From assembly GCA_913009895.1 (NCBI GenBank), contig CAJVXY010000013.1, positions 42 to 64,041 on the forward strand: DNA of 64,000 bases, in the 5' to 3' direction. The position numbers and the translations under genes were made by a program. Shown piece by piece: positions 26,301-37,547 of the stretch. Origin of the DNA: an uncultured Acidiferrobacteraceae bacterium. GTDB taxonomy: Bacteria > Pseudomonadota > Gammaproteobacteria > Acidiferrobacterales > SZUA-150. A model generated the notes under the pieces. The model had not been told where the DNA came from, searched no databases, and saw only the letters and a program-made list of their open reading frames with translations. Position 1 is the first letter of the stretch. Each line of letters starts with the position of its first letter.

Positions 26301-27353
26301 TCACGCGGCAGGAAGCAAGGCATGCATTTGAGCCTCAATATCGCCCCGGGCTTTTGCGCCTTTTGTTTTGTATGTCTCCATGGCCTGTGCCGCAATTTTT
26401 TGCCAACGATCAATACCGCTGCAAATTAATGACGACATTGCGCCTGTTTTTTTAGTTTCTACCCACTGTTCATAGGCGTGCCTTAGCTCCGGGAACAAAT
26501 GTTTGCGTAAACCGGAATAATTTGCAAAATAAAAATGCATGGATAAATTTTTTTCTTTTTCAAGCAAGGAGGGTAATGTGACCAGGCAGTCAGCCAGAAT
26601 ATCTCGCACCGCTCTTAAAAAGAACTCGGCCCTGGAGCCAGACATATCATTCATAAGCATGTGCCAGTTGGTATCAAGTTGGTAACCAGCCTTAATTTCG
26701 CCAAGCTCATGCAATATCATTGTTTCTGTTTCAGTTTCAACCAGCATATCCAGAATCGGTTCAATATTATCCAGGTTTTTCCATTCTGCCAGTACGTTTT
26801 TCATTGGGCCTGTTTTATTTTTGTTCAGGCGCCATTCTTCAATTCTTTCCCAGATAAAACGCCGCATGGACTCTTGTCTGATAAAAATATCATTATCAAT
26901 ACTCATAGCTGGCGGGGCCACCAGGTCCCTGGCGAACTCAGCGGTGGAAATATAAATATTTAAATTATCTTGTTGCCTGGTTTCAGAAAGTTTACCGATA
27001 AAAAAATGTGGTTTGCCAAAAATTCCAACACCACTGCTATAGACATGGCCTTGTGATATTAATTCTTTGTTTATTTTATCGGTCTCAAAGGGCCCATATT
27101 CCCGGGAGAGTTTAATCGGCTGATAGTCTTTATTGGCAATTTCGGCCCAGTGGTGTTCGCGCTTTGCCAGCCAATCGCCGATATCATGCTGGGACATGTT
27201 AGCACTGAAATTCAACCTGTTTTCCCAACGGTAGTATTCACGCATTTTTAACAGGTAAGTACACATGGAGTAATTACCCGCATACTGGGCATCTGATAAA
27301 TCACAGTTTTGCTGTACCCGTTCAATTAACCCAGGACTTAAAGGATTTTTCAT
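26301..27353 (-). CDS. hypothetical protein (350 aa)
   Basis: Long ORF with normal composition and first in the minus-strand gene string. No motif I can assign. Confidence 0.6.
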   Translation of the reverse strand: MKNPLSPGLIERVQQNCDLSDAQYAGNYSMCTYLLKMREYYRWENRLNFSANMSQHDIGDWLAKREHHWAEIANKDYQPIKLSREYGPFETDKINKELISQGHVYSSGVGIFGKPHFFIGKLSETRQQDNLNIYISTAEFARDLVAPPAMSIDNDIFIRQESMRRFIWERIEEWRLNKNKTGPMKNVLAEWKNLDNIEPILDMLVETETETMILHELGEIKAGYQLDTNWHMLMNDMSGSRAEFFLRAVRDILADCLVTLPSLLEKEKNLSMHFYFANYSGLRKHLFPELRHAYEQWVETKKTGAMSSLICSGIDRWQKIAAQAMETYKTKGAKARGDIEAQMHALLPAA

Positions 27354-27555
27354 AGCATGACTATCCCAATAATTTTATACCATTGATATGCTTTTTAGCA
27401 TGACTTGTCTTTAGTGCCAAATCACGAAAGACAGGGTAATTCTTTGTCGTTTTATGTCCGACAGGTGTCAGGGCCGGCATGTCATTTGTCATTTGACCCG
27501 CAAGTACCACAAACACATAATGTGTAATCACCGTCATTTATCCCTTATTTATCAA

Positions 27556-28143
27556 ATGCACACAAGACGAAATATCAAAGAAGTCGAACCGAATTCATTT
27601 ATTTATGAAATAAACAGGGCCCTTCCCGGGGATATCTGCCAGGAAATGATTCGTCGTTTTGACAAATACAAAAATGAGCAATATGCGGGGCGAATTGGTC
27701 AGACAGCTGAAGAGCATAACGACATCAAACGCTCAACAGACCTGGTTATTAGCGGCAAAGAACACTGGCGGGATCTCGATCGGGCCTTATTCCAGTCCCT
27801 GGGAGCGGTAATTCACCAGTTCCGGGAAACATTTCCCTATTTCAAAGGCCCCTTCAAGGATATGGGTTATGCCATTCAACGCACCAGTCCGGGTGAATTT
27901 TATCATTGGCATATTGATGGCGGCAGTCACGAGTTTAGCCAGCGTCAGTTAGTCGCAGTTTGGTATTTAAATGACGTACCGGGCCCGGGGGGTGAAACAG
28001 AATTTAAATTCCAGCATGTAAAAATTAAACCTGAACAGGGAAAATTGGTGTTGTTCCCGCCTTTTTGGACCCATGAGCATCGTGGCGTAACGCTGGAATC
28101 GGGAATAAAATACATCGCCACGACCTGGGTTATTTTTGCCTGA
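27556..28143 (+). CDS. 2OG-Fe(II) oxygenase superfamily protein (prolyl-4-hydroxylase-like)
   Basis: YHWHIDGG (HxD) and the distal FWTHEHRG. The start is uncertain: the ORF opens at 27454, and I chose Met35 because the preceding 34 residues are His/Cys/Arg-rich and look non-native. Confidence 0.7.
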   Translation: MHTRRNIKEVEPNSFIYEINRALPGDICQEMIRRFDKYKNEQYAGRIGQTAEEHNDIKRSTDLVISGKEHWRDLDRALFQSLGAVIHQFRETFPYFKGPFKDMGYAIQRTSPGEFYHWHIDGGSHEFSQRQLVAVWYLNDVPGPGGETEFKFQHVKIKPEQGKLVLFPPFWTHEHRGVTLESGIKYIATTWVIFA

Positions 28144-28404
28144 CTTACCGGTCTCTAACCATTGTTATATTGGGCATACCGGCTGACGGGCGGTAATGTG
28201 TAGCATTTAAATAACAGGCGCGCCCATTGGGCGAGCGTTATCGAATATGAGTAGATTCGAGAACAGGATCAGGCTGCCATTGATAGTTATATTGACAGTT
28301 TATTAAACGTGGACTTTTGGGAAAAGTCGTTTTAGTCTTTGGCCTGTTCTGACTTTTTATAAGAAAGATTTTTCGAAACAACATTATTTAAGGAGAGCCA
28401 ACAA

Positions 28405-29385
28405 ATGTTAAATAAGAAATCAGCTATTCTATTCAAGATGGCCGTCGTTTTAGTGTCTGCCGTACTTGCCACGGGCACGGCCTTTGCCGAACGTGAAAAT
28501 GTACCGGGTTATTCCACCGATAGTAACGGCACAATAATGCACGATGGCGCTGGTAATTGTATACGTACAGAAAACTGGACACCGGCAAAGGCTGTCGTAG
28601 TGGGTTGTGATGGCGTTGTCCTGAAAGCACCAACGGAAAATTACAAAGGCGGTTCTACGGGTGTCGGTGCGACCTTTCTAATCCCATCGGCGTCCCTGTT
28701 TGCGTTTAATAGTGCCGAGCTGACAGAGCAGGGCAAAGAGGACCTGGAGGCCTATCGGGCCAAGATTAAACCAGAGTTGGCTCAGGCAGTTGCTGCAGTA
28801 ATTATTGGCCATACCGATAGTAAGGGCAATGAGGCCTATAACATTAAATTGTCAAAACATCGTGCTGAGGCCGTGCGCGATTACTTGATTGATGGCGGTG
28901 TATCGCCCGGTATTTTACGCGTGGTTGGTTGGGGCTCAAAAGATCCAATCGCTTCTAACGATACCGAAGGTGGCCGTGCTGAAAATCGCAGGGTTGAGGT
29001 TGTGGTATACGGCGAAGCACGAGGACTGGATGTCATGCGTTTTCCAAGTGTCGCATTATTTTCACGTAAGGGCAGTAAAATGACATTAGAAGGTATGCAG
29101 CTTCTGAGTAAAAATGTTGATGAGGCAAAGTCTAAACTATCCCGTGCCGTGTACATTGAAATTGTCGGCCATACGGACGATGTTGGCAATAAAAAGGAAA
29201 ACCAGAATCTTTCCCAGTTACGTGCATGGGCAGTGAGTGATGCCCTGATTAAAGCTGGTGTCGATCCATACAAAATCATGACCGTGGGTGTTGGTGCCAG
29301 TGAACCAATCGCCAGCAATCAGACCAAAGAAGGTCGCGCCCAGAATCGCAGGGTTGAAGTTCTGGTGCTTGGCCGCAAAAAATAA
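28405..29385 (+). CDS. OmpA-family protein with two tandem OmpA_C-like peptidoglycan-binding domains
   Basis: Signal peptide ...GTAFA. Two copies of the GHTD..G....N..LS..RA..V...L ... NRRVEV module (ENRRVEVVVYG and QNRRVEVLVLG). AGGAGA RBS upstream. Confidence 0.85.
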   Translation: MLNKKSAILFKMAVVLVSAVLATGTAFAERENVPGYSTDSNGTIMHDGAGNCIRTENWTPAKAVVVGCDGVVLKAPTENYKGGSTGVGATFLIPSASLFAFNSAELTEQGKEDLEAYRAKIKPELAQAVAAVIIGHTDSKGNEAYNIKLSKHRAEAVRDYLIDGGVSPGILRVVGWGSKDPIASNDTEGGRAENRRVEVVVYGEARGLDVMRFPSVALFSRKGSKMTLEGMQLLSKNVDEAKSKLSRAVYIEIVGHTDDVGNKKENQNLSQLRAWAVSDALIKAGVDPYKIMTVGVGASEPIASNQTKEGRAQNRRVEVLVLGRKK

Positions 29386-29403
29386 TCTATACAAGCGATC
29401 AAC

Positions 29404-29443
29404 CAGGCCTGGCGGGTTTTGAAGCTTGCCAGGCCTGTTTTTT
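29404..29443 (+). terminator. rho-independent terminator after the OmpA-family gene
   Basis: CAGGCCTGGC (29404-29413) pairs perfectly with GCCAGGCCTG (29428-29437) and is followed by TTTTTT. Confidence 0.7.
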
Positions 29444-29586
29444 CATTTGTACATTCAGGTACTGGCAGTATTATTCTTGGTCTGATATTTTCACGCCAGA
29501 TGTTTTCGCGATACCAGTTCCTGTCGTCCCAATTTATATTTCAAGCGAGTATAATCACCGCTTACACCCCAAGATTGAAGATAGCA

Positions 29587-30186
29587 ATGGCCCTGAGAAT
29601 TAAAACAAAATGGCATGAAAGCAAGCGCGTCCATAAGGGCAAGTCTAATCGTTCACGGGAAAAGACTTTACTGGATCGTGCTGGCGTTATCGCATTTAAT
29701 ATCTGGAAGGTTTCCCAATATCACTATAACAACCTGCGCGGAGAAGGGTTTCGTTATGCCACAGAAGAGCAGGGCATGGGCACCTTGCTTGAGTTTCTGG
29801 CATTTATGCTGCAAGTGGTGGATCGCATGGTTTATGGCCAGGTGCCTGAAGCAGAGCGCCCCTTATTCATTAACGAAGTAGCAAGTAACCTGGCCCGTAA
29901 TTTACAGACCAACCGTGAGGAATTACTGGGACCTGGTGACTATGCTTCGCATTTTATTGATCTCCTTAACGAACGAGCACAGGAATATTCCCACTGTAGT
30001 TATGAAAATGGTGAGCCAGGTTATGGTTTCAAGATGGTGCTTGCGCAACATATTTCAGAGCTCCTCAGTAAGGATGGAGATTTGAGCAACAAATGGGCCC
30101 ATGAGCATGTATTGGAAATCGAGATACCCGAGGCGCTGAAAACGCTTAAAGGAGTCGTAGCCGGTGCCCTGGGAATTAAAGTTTAA
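29587..30186 (+). CDS. hypothetical protein (199 aa)
   Basis: Start moved to Met57 because the ORF-track start (29419) lies inside the upstream terminator hairpin. No recognisable motif. Confidence 0.5.
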   Translation: MALRIKTKWHESKRVHKGKSNRSREKTLLDRAGVIAFNIWKVSQYHYNNLRGEGFRYATEEQGMGTLLEFLAFMLQVVDRMVYGQVPEAERPLFINEVASNLARNLQTNREELLGPGDYASHFIDLLNERAQEYSHCSYENGEPGYGFKMVLAQHISELLSKDGDLSNKWAHEHVLEIEIPEALKTLKGVVAGALGIKV

Positions 30187-30273
30187 CGTTGATTAAGACA
30201 GCGAAGGCCGGGTAATATTTTTAGTCCCCAGCGTATACCCATAAAGTGCCAATTCCGGTATGCTTCGCCGCCC

Positions 30274-31384
30274 ATGGAAGACCTCAATTCATTATTTGCC
30301 CAAATAAAAGAACTCACTGAGCGATCTGTTGTTCTCAGGGGGTATCTTTGACCTCGATCAAAAACGCGAGCGCCTGGTAGAAGTTCAGCGCGAACTGGAA
30401 CAGCCCGATATTTGGGATAAGCCTGGCGAAGCCCAGCTACTTGGAAAAGAGCGCGCCCGTCTGGAACATGAAGTTTCGGTATTTGACGCACTGGAATCCG
30501 GATTAAAAGATGCCAGCGAACTACTTGAATTGGCCCGTGAGGAATCAGACTCGGCCACGGTAACTGAGGTACAAAAAGACCTGGACGATCTTGAGTCCAA
30601 GTTTGCAGAATTAGAATTTCGCAGGATGTTTAGCGGTGAAATGGACTCTGCCAACGCCTACATCGATATCCAGGCCGGTTCTGGCGGTACTGAAGCCCAG
30701 GACTGGGCAAATATGTTGCTCCGTATGTACTTGCGATGGGGTGAGGCACACAATTTTAAAACTGAAATAATTTCGCTCTCTGGTGGTGAGGTGGCGGGAA
30801 TCAAGAGTGCGACGGTCAAATTTTCCGGTGATTATTGTTTTGGTTACTTACGTACCGAAACGGGCGTACATCGACTGGTGAGGAAATCACCATTTGATTC
30901 TGGTAACAGGCGCCACACATCATTTGCCTCTGTTTTTGTCTCACCGGAAATAGATGAAAGCATTGAGATTGATATTAATCCTGCCGACCTCAGAATTGAT
31001 ACTTACCGTGCCAGTGGTGCCGGGGGACAGCATGTAAACCGGACAGATTCCGCAGTCCGTATCACCCATGAGCCTACGGGTATTGTCGTGCAATGCCAGA
31101 ATGATCGCTCCCAGCATAAAAACAAGGCGTCGGCCATGGCTGTGTTAAAATCACGCCTCTACGAGCATGAGTTAAATAAAAGAAAAGACGTGCAGCAGCA
31201 GGTGGAAGATAATAAAGCTGACATTAGCTGGGGCTCGCAAATAAGATCCTATGTACTGGACCAATCACGGATCAAGGATTTGCGGACCAACGTAGAAACA
31301 GGCAATACTCAGGCGGTACTCGATGGAGACCTGGATCAATTTATCGAAGCAAGCTTGAAAATGGGCATGCAGTCATCTAATTAA
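30274..31384 (+). CDS. prfB: peptide chain release factor 2, programmed +1 frameshift at 30346-30352
   Basis: Frame 0 runs ATG(30274) ... AGG GGG TAT CTT TGA C, the classic SD-like AGGGGG plus the CUU UGA C slippery site. The +1 frame continues as the 351-aa ORF with SPF and GGQ ([11 protein letters not shown]) motifs. Confidence 0.92.
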
Positions 31385-31429
31385 TTACATTAAATATCAG
31401 CTATAACTAACAGAAATATATAGATAATA

Positions 31430-32965
31430 ATGCCAGATAATAAAGCAGATACCAGCGCTGACAAAAACAGTGAAAACGAACAAATAAGCCAGCGTCGGAC
31501 AAAACTTGCGTCACTACGTGAGGGTGAAGGCCCCGCTTTTCCTAATGATTTCCGAAGAAACATCGTGGCCGGCGAGCTGCACGCAGAGTATGGGGAGATG
31601 GAGCCGGCTGAAATTGAAACCAGGCGGGTACGCTGCAAAGTTGCCGGCCGATTAATGACCCGCCGTATTATGGGCAAGGCCAGTTTTGCCCATATCCAGG
31701 ATATGTCAGGCCAGATTCAGCTCTACGTACAAAGAGATGAGCTTGCCGATGGTTTTTACAACGAAAATTTTAAAAAGTGGGATATTGGCGACATTCTCGG
31801 TGCTGAGGGTTATTTATTCAAAACCAAAACAGGTGAGTTATCTGTGAGGGTTGACCGAATTCGGCTACTGACAAAATCACTGCGACCATTACCTGAAAAG
31901 TTTCACGGCCTGCAAGACCAGGAGACAAAATATCGTCAGCGTTATCTTGACCTGATTATGAATAATGCGACACGTAAAACATTCCTGGCGCGCACCGAAA
32001 TTATACGTTTTATTCGGAATTTTCTCGATGAACGTAAATACCTGGAAGTTGAAACACCGATGATGCAGGCAGTGCCGGGCGGTGCAGCAGCAAAACCCTT
32101 TACCACTTTTCATAATGCGCTCGACCTGGAGCTGTATCTCAGGATAGCGCCAGAATTATATCTCAAGCGCCTGGTAGTTGGTGGTTTCGAACGAGTTTAT
32201 GAAATTAATCGAAGTTTCAGGAATGAAGGTTTATCAACCCGCCATAATCCTGAATTTACCATGGTAGAATTTTATCAGGCATACGCTGACTATAAAGATT
32301 TAATGAATCTGACAGAAGAAATGCTACGCAGTCTTGCCACTAATTTATTGGGCAGCACAGAAATTGAATACCAGGGGGAAAGTTATGATTTTGGCAGTCC
32401 TTTTGAGCGTATGACTGTTAAAGAATCAATCCTGAAGTTTAACGAAACTATTAGCGGGGACGAGCTGGATGACCTGGGACAAGCGACAAAAATTGCCCAA
32501 CGGCTGGAAATTCCGATAAAACAATCCTGGGGCCTGGGTAAGGTGCAAATTGAAATATTTGAAAAAACTGTAGAACATCTGCTTAAAAATCCTACGTTTA
32601 TTACTGCCTACCCAACAGAAGTATCACCATTAGCACGAAGAAATGATGAGGATCCATTTGTGGCTGATCGGTTTGAGTTTTTTGTCGGTGGACGCGAAAT
32701 TGCCAACGGGTTTTCCGAGCTTAATGATGCCGAAGACCAGGCCGAGCGCTTCCAGAAACAGGTTCAGGAAAAAGAAGCGGGTGACGAAGAAGCCATGCAT
32801 TTTGACAGTGACTATATCAGAGCGCTGGAACATGGGTTGCCGCCAACTGCAGGTGAAGGCATTGGTATCGATCGATTGGTGATGCTGTTTACAAATTCAG
32901 CCTCAATTCGGGATGTATTGTTATTCCCGCACATGAAACCCGAGCAGTTATCAGGAGAAGAATAA
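31430..32965 (+). CDS. lysS: lysine--tRNA ligase, class II
   Basis: 511 aa with an OB-fold anticodon domain and class II motifs ([22 protein letters not shown]). Confidence 0.95.
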   Translation: MPDNKADTSADKNSENEQISQRRTKLASLREGEGPAFPNDFRRNIVAGELHAEYGEMEPAEIETRRVRCKVAGRLMTRRIMGKASFAHIQDMSGQIQLYVQRDELADGFYNENFKKWDIGDILGAEGYLFKTKTGELSVRVDRIRLLTKSLRPLPEKFHGLQDQETKYRQRYLDLIMNNATRKTFLARTEIIRFIRNFLDERKYLEVETPMMQAVPGGAAAKPFTTFHNALDLELYLRIAPELYLKRLVVGGFERVYEINRSFRNEGLSTRHNPEFTMVEFYQAYADYKDLMNLTEEMLRSLATNLLGSTEIEYQGESYDFGSPFERMTVKESILKFNETISGDELDDLGQATKIAQRLEIPIKQSWGLGKVQIEIFEKTVEHLLKNPTFITAYPTEVSPLARRNDEDPFVADRFEFFVGGREIANGFSELNDAEDQAERFQKQVQEKEAGDEEAMHFDSDYIRALEHGLPPTAGEGIGIDRLVMLFTNSASIRDVLLFPHMKPEQLSGEE

Positions 32966-33582
32966 TGCGTTTTAAATTTATTGATAATTCCAGATCACAA
33001 TTATGGTCTGTCGGCCCGGTTAAGGTAGCCATTTTTATTGTCCTCGCTTTTTCGTTTGCAGGAACTGTCCGTGCAGAATATTTTGTATTTGCCGGTGGCC
33101 ACGCGGGTTATACCTTTTACGACACGCTCAATGACATCAAGCTTACAAATGATCGGACCAGCAATACTGGCCTGGACCTCGTGGGGGCTTTTGGAACCGA
33201 AGACTATGGTCTCGGCCTGACCTACACTACCAGTACCCATTCAGTTAAAGATGAAGTCAGTGGTGTAAGGATGGAAAATAACCTTCAGGGTCCTGGCATA
33301 GTCTTTAGCATGATAAGAAGGAACCCTTCGGATTCAAAAGTCTTGTTCTATATTGGTGTTGAGTCATTGAAAATGACCACAAAAACGAGCAAGTGCGTGG
33401 ATAGTATTGTTTGCGACAAGCTTGAAAAGGATTTGAGTGATAACAGGGCCCAGACAATTGTCCTGGGAATTATCGATACTTCTGAAATCGGTCTGGGTAT
33501 TGGTTTAACGGGACGAATCTATCAATCAGATGTGATTGATCGCGCATATGACATTAATCTAATGATTGGTGTCGGGTTTTAA
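32965..33582 (+). CDS. putative small outer-membrane beta-barrel protein
   Basis: Signal peptide ending VRA-EY. Alternating-pattern strands and a C-terminal ...IGVGF aromatic terminus. Its start overlaps the lysS stop (TAATG). Confidence 0.55.
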   Translation: MRFKFIDNSRSQLWSVGPVKVAIFIVLAFSFAGTVRAEYFVFAGGHAGYTFYDTLNDIKLTNDRTSNTGLDLVGAFGTEDYGLGLTYTTSTHSVKDEVSGVRMENNLQGPGIVFSMIRRNPSDSKVLFYIGVESLKMTTKTSKCVDSIVCDKLEKDLSDNRAQTIVLGIIDTSEIGLGIGLTGRIYQSDVIDRAYDINLMIGVGF

Positions 33583-33669
33583 TTTTTTTAGTCTTTCAGG
33601 TTTGGTGTTGGCGCTGGTTCAGGTTCTGGCGCTGAGACCCACTTGTTCTAAACCCGACCTGACTGGGTT

Positions 33670-34632
33670 ATGCCATCAATAATGAAGCACAACGCCAAGC
33701 CAAATGTGGTTTTTCTCATGGGGCCAACTGCCGCCGGTAAAACCAGTACTGCAATTTTTTTATCACAACAACTACCCCTGGATTTAATCAGTGTCGATTC
33801 ATCCCTTGTTTACAGGGGCATGGACATCGGTACAGCCAAGCCCAGCCAGGCTGAACTTAAAATAACGCCCCATAAATTGATCAGTATACGGGAACCCACG
33901 ACACCTTATTCGGCTGCAGATTTTTGTAATGATGCCAACCAGGAAATAGGCCAGATTCTCGCCAGGGGTCGAACCCCACTGCTGGTTGGTGGCACCATGT
34001 TTTATTTTAAGGCACTTGAATACGGCCTTTCTGACCTGCCCGAAGCCAACCCAGAGATACGGTCACAGATCAGCTCAGAAGCTCATGACCTGGGTTGGCC
34101 CGTTATGCATGAGAAACTGGCAGCTGCAGACCCCGTGACGGCCTCCAAAATTGATCCCAATGATGGCCAGAGAATTCAGCGGGCACTTGAAGTATTGATA
34201 ATTTCAGGCGATGCACCAAGTAAAATCATGACGAATCCGGCAGCGTTTAAATATAACCCAATTAAACTGGCATTAGTGCCTTCTGACCGCAAACAGTTAC
34301 ATCAGCGAATTGAGCAACGTTTTGGATCCATGCTGGCCCAGGGCCTGGTGAAAGAAGTCGAAAAAATCTTGAAATTAGAGGGAATTGACCCCAGTTTACC
34401 AGCTATGCGTATGGTTGGTTATCGCCAGGCCAGAGAATACTTGACAGGTGAAATCAGCTATAGTGACATGAAGGAGCGGGCAATTGCGGCGACGCGCCAG
34501 TTGGCAAAACGACAATTGACCTGGATCCGCCATTACGAGGGTATCGAGAGTTTTGACTGTTTGGATGTAAATGTAGCGGAAAAATGCTTGAGTTATTTGC
34601 AGAAACACCTGGAAATACAGGCTCAGAAATGA
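33670..34632 (+). CDS. miaA: tRNA dimethylallyltransferase
   Basis: P-loop LMGPTAAGKT, SVDSSLVYRGMDIGTAKP. Sits in the conserved position before hfq. Confidence 0.92.
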   Translation: MPSIMKHNAKPNVVFLMGPTAAGKTSTAIFLSQQLPLDLISVDSSLVYRGMDIGTAKPSQAELKITPHKLISIREPTTPYSAADFCNDANQEIGQILARGRTPLLVGGTMFYFKALEYGLSDLPEANPEIRSQISSEAHDLGWPVMHEKLAAADPVTASKIDPNDGQRIQRALEVLIISGDAPSKIMTNPAAFKYNPIKLALVPSDRKQLHQRIEQRFGSMLAQGLVKEVEKILKLEGIDPSLPAMRMVGYRQAREYLTGEISYSDMKERAIAATRQLAKRQLTWIRHYEGIESFDCLDVNVAEKCLSYLQKHLEIQAQK

Positions 34633-34710
34633 GGGCCAACTTTTAGGTCTAAATGGATGCACGCAAAGATACCACAATAATAAAACACACATAAGAACAG
34701 GAGCACTGTC

Positions 34711-34953
34711 ATGAGCCAAAAAGGGCAAGCGCTACAAGACCCTTACCTGAACGCTCTCAGAAAAGAGCGGGTTGCCGTTTCTATTTTTCTTGTAAATGGA
34801 ATAAAGCTACAGGGCCAAATTGAATCATTTGATCAATTTGTTGTTTTACTTAAAAACTCTGTTAGTCAAATGATATATAAACATGCCATTTCCACCGTGG
34901 TACCCAGCCGTCAGGTAAAATTCGAGATTGACCATCCAGGCGACGAAGACTAA
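34711..34953 (+). CDS. hfq: RNA chaperone Hfq
   Basis: [42 protein letters not shown]...[13 protein letters not shown] covers the Sm1/Sm2 motifs. Confidence 0.97.
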   Translation: MSQKGQALQDPYLNALRKERVAVSIFLVNGIKLQGQIESFDQFVVLLKNSVSQMIYKHAISTVVPSRQVKFEIDHPGDED

Positions 34954-36277
34954 GCAGGCCTCCAACCGTTCAGCTGCTCCCGGTGGTGAGCGAACCCTTC
35001 TGGTTCATCAAAATCTCCCGGGCAGTTATGAGGCGGAAGATTTGCAGGAACTGGCACTGCTGGCTGAATCAGCTGGTGCCCTGGTAATTGATTCAATTGT
35101 CTGCAAACGCCTAAAGCCAGTTGCAGCTACCTTTATTGGTAGTGGCAAGGCAGAAGAGCTGGCGCAATTGGTACAGGAAAACCATATCGCGCTACTCCTG
35201 TTTAATCATGATTTATCACCAGGCCAGGAGCGCACCCTGGAACAAATGACAAAATGTCGGGTACTGGACAGGACTGGCCTGATACTCGATATATTTGCCC
35301 AACGCGCCCGTAGTCACGAAGGCAAATTACAAGTTGAACTGGCACAGCTTGAGCATTTATCGACCAGGCTGGTACGAGGCTGGACTCACCTTGAGCGGCA
35401 AAAAGGGGGCATTGGCTTAAGGGGTCCTGGCGAAACCCAGCTGGAAACCGACAGGCGACTGCTCAGAGATCGCATTAAGACCCTGCATCGTCGACTGGGA
35501 AAAGTCAGCAAACAACGACAAAATCGTCGCGCCACCAGAAAAAAAGTCCCTATCCCGACGGTATCTTTCGTGGGATACACCAATACTGGTAAATCATCCA
35601 TTTTCAACAAAATGACAGCCTCTGATGTATATGCAGCGGACCAGTTATTCGCAACCCTGGACCCAACCATGCGGCGCCTCGAACTGGCGGGCAACACCAG
35701 GATTATCCTGGCCGATACTGTTGGTTTTATTCGCCACTTGCCCCACGATTTAATTGAGGCATTCAAGTCTACCCTTGAGGAAGTTGAGCAGGCAGAGCTG
35801 CTTATTCACGTGGTCGATGATAGCAATGAAGAAGCGCTTGATCAGACTAACCGTGTCAATGAAGTTTTGCTTGAATTGGGGGCCGAACACATCCCGCAGA
35901 TACTGGTGTTCAATAAAATTGACCTGTCAGGCCGTCCACCAAAAGTTGAATATTCCCAGGACGGGCGTTTAACCCGAGTTTGGTTATCTGCAAAAACAGA
36001 AGCAGGATTGCCCTTGTTGATGGATGCCCTGGCCGACCACTTTAGAAAAATGAGAAAAGTGGTCAAACTGGATATTCCTGCAAAAGCTGGCCAGTTGCGG
36101 GCGCAAATATACGAAAACCTGGAGATTATCAGCGAAACTCCCATAAAAGAGGGCGGATGGGAATTGGTTGTCTCGCTGGATGACAGGCAAATGGCGTGGC
36201 TAGAGCAGCAGGAAACTTACCGCTCAAACTATCTAAAGACTGATATTATCAACGGCCTTGCCCCAACTGGTTCATAA
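34928..36277 (+). CDS. hflX: GTPase HflX
   Basis: [12 protein letters not shown], and G-domain motifs GYTNTGKSS and DTVGF. The only in-frame start I see is TTG at 34928, which overlaps the hfq end. The start is uncertain. Confidence 0.9.
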   Translation: MTIQATKTKQASNRSAAPGGERTLLVHQNLPGSYEAEDLQELALLAESAGALVIDSIVCKRLKPVAATFIGSGKAEELAQLVQENHIALLLFNHDLSPGQERTLEQMTKCRVLDRTGLILDIFAQRARSHEGKLQVELAQLEHLSTRLVRGWTHLERQKGGIGLRGPGETQLETDRRLLRDRIKTLHRRLGKVSKQRQNRRATRKKVPIPTVSFVGYTNTGKSSIFNKMTASDVYAADQLFATLDPTMRRLELAGNTRIILADTVGFIRHLPHDLIEAFKSTLEEVEQAELLIHVVDDSNEEALDQTNRVNEVLLELGAEHIPQILVFNKIDLSGRPPKVEYSQDGRLTRVWLSAKTEAGLPLLMDALADHFRKMRKVVKLDIPAKAGQLRAQIYENLEIISETPIKEGGWELVVSLDDRQMAWLEQQETYRSNYLKTDIINGLAPTGS

Positions 36278-36332
36278 CCCTAGAATCCCTATTCTGGAAT
36301 CAATAAAAATTTTTTACTGTAAGGAGTAAATC

Positions 36333-37547
36333 GTGGCGTGGAATCAACCGGGCTCAGGTGGCAAAGACCCCTGGGGCCAAAAAAAGAATAGCGACAATGG
36401 TCCACCAGACCTTGACGAAATAGTTCGTAACCTGCAAAAGAAATTAGGTGGTCTTTTTGGTGGTGGTGGTAAAAATGGCAAGGGTGGCAGTCCAATTTCG
36501 GGTAAAGCATCGGGTATGGGTGCTGCGTTCGTAGTTATCGTTGCTGTTGGCTTGTGGCTTTTGTCCGGCTTCTACATTGTCGAACAGGGAGAGGAGGGCG
36601 TTGTTCAGCAGTTCGGTGCATTATCAGAACAAACTGGTGCAGGTTTGCGTTGGCACCTTCCCTGGCCCATAGAAACGGTAACCACAGTTAATATTGCGCA
36701 AATTATTCCGGTCGAGATCGGCTATCGATCAACCGCGAGAACGGGCAGCAAAACCAAGGTGCCCCGTGAGGCGTTAATGCTGACCGAAGATGAAAATATT
36801 ATTGATATCGAATTTGCCGTCCAGTACCGGATAAAAAATGCCGCGGATTATTTATTTCATGTGCGTGATGTAGAAAAAACGATTGTCCAGGCAACCGAAG
36901 CAGCGGTTCGGGAGATAGCAGGCAAAAGTACAATGGATTTTATTCTCACTGAAGGCCGTGATGAAGTGGGTCAAAAGACGGAAGTCTTGTTACAGAATAT
37001 TCTTGATGTTTATAAAACGGGCATTCTTATCACGAAAGTCGATATGCAGGAAGCGCAGCCGCCTGAAGAAGTGCGAGCCGCATTTGATGATGCCGTGAAA
37101 GCCAGAGAAGATGAAGTACGTTTCAAGAATGAAGCAGAAGCCTACTCAAACGACATTATCCCAAGGGCCAGGGGCAGATCGGCAAGAATGTTAGAGGAGG
37201 CGGAAGGTTACAAGCAGAGTGTTATTGCACGCGCCGAAGGTGATGCCAGGCGTTTTAATCAAATTCTTAAGGAGTACGCCAAGGCGCCACGGGTTACCCG
37301 TGACCGGCTTTATATTGAATCAATGGAAAAAGTCATGAGCAATAGCACCAAAATACTGGTCGACCAAAAAAATGGAAATAATCTGATGTATTTACCACTC
37401 GATAAACTGGTCCCCCAGGCCGGCACTTTGACTAAACAGGAAATCCTTGATGGATTAAACAGTGCCAAATCCATAGGTGATCCTGTTACCAGGAGTAGCC
37501 GCGGACGTTCGAGAAGTGATTTGAGATCAAGGGGGGCCGGGCAATGA
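36333..37547 (+). CDS. hflK: FtsH protease modulator HflK
   Basis: GTG start. N-terminus MAWNQPGSGGKDPWG, a TM helix and an SPFH/band-7 domain. Confidence 0.92.
   Translation: MAWNQPGSGGKDPWGQKKNSDNGPPDLDEIVRNLQKKLGGLFGGGGKNGKGGSPISGKASGMGAAFVVIVAVGLWLLSGFYIVEQGEEGVVQQFGALSEQTGAGLRWHLPWPIETVTTVNIAQIIPVEIGYRSTARTGSKTKVPREALMLTEDENIIDIEFAVQYRIKNAADYLFHVRDVEKTIVQATEAAVREIAGKSTMDFILTEGRDEVGQKTEVLLQNILDVYKTGILITKVDMQEAQPPEEVRAAFDDAVKAREDEVRFKNEAEAYSNDIIPRARGRSARMLEEAEGYKQSVIARAEGDARRFNQILKEYAKAPRVTRDRLYIESMEKVMSNSTKILVDQKNGNNLMYLPLDKLVPQAGTLTKQEILDGLNSAKSIGDPVTRSSRGRSRSDLRSRGAGQ

Noticed and set aside
29419-29586. N-terminal 56-codon extension of the 29587-30186 ORF.
   Set aside because: The proposed start sits inside the terminator hairpin of the upstream OmpA-family gene, and the extension is hydrophobic junk-like sequence. 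The internal ATG is preferred.
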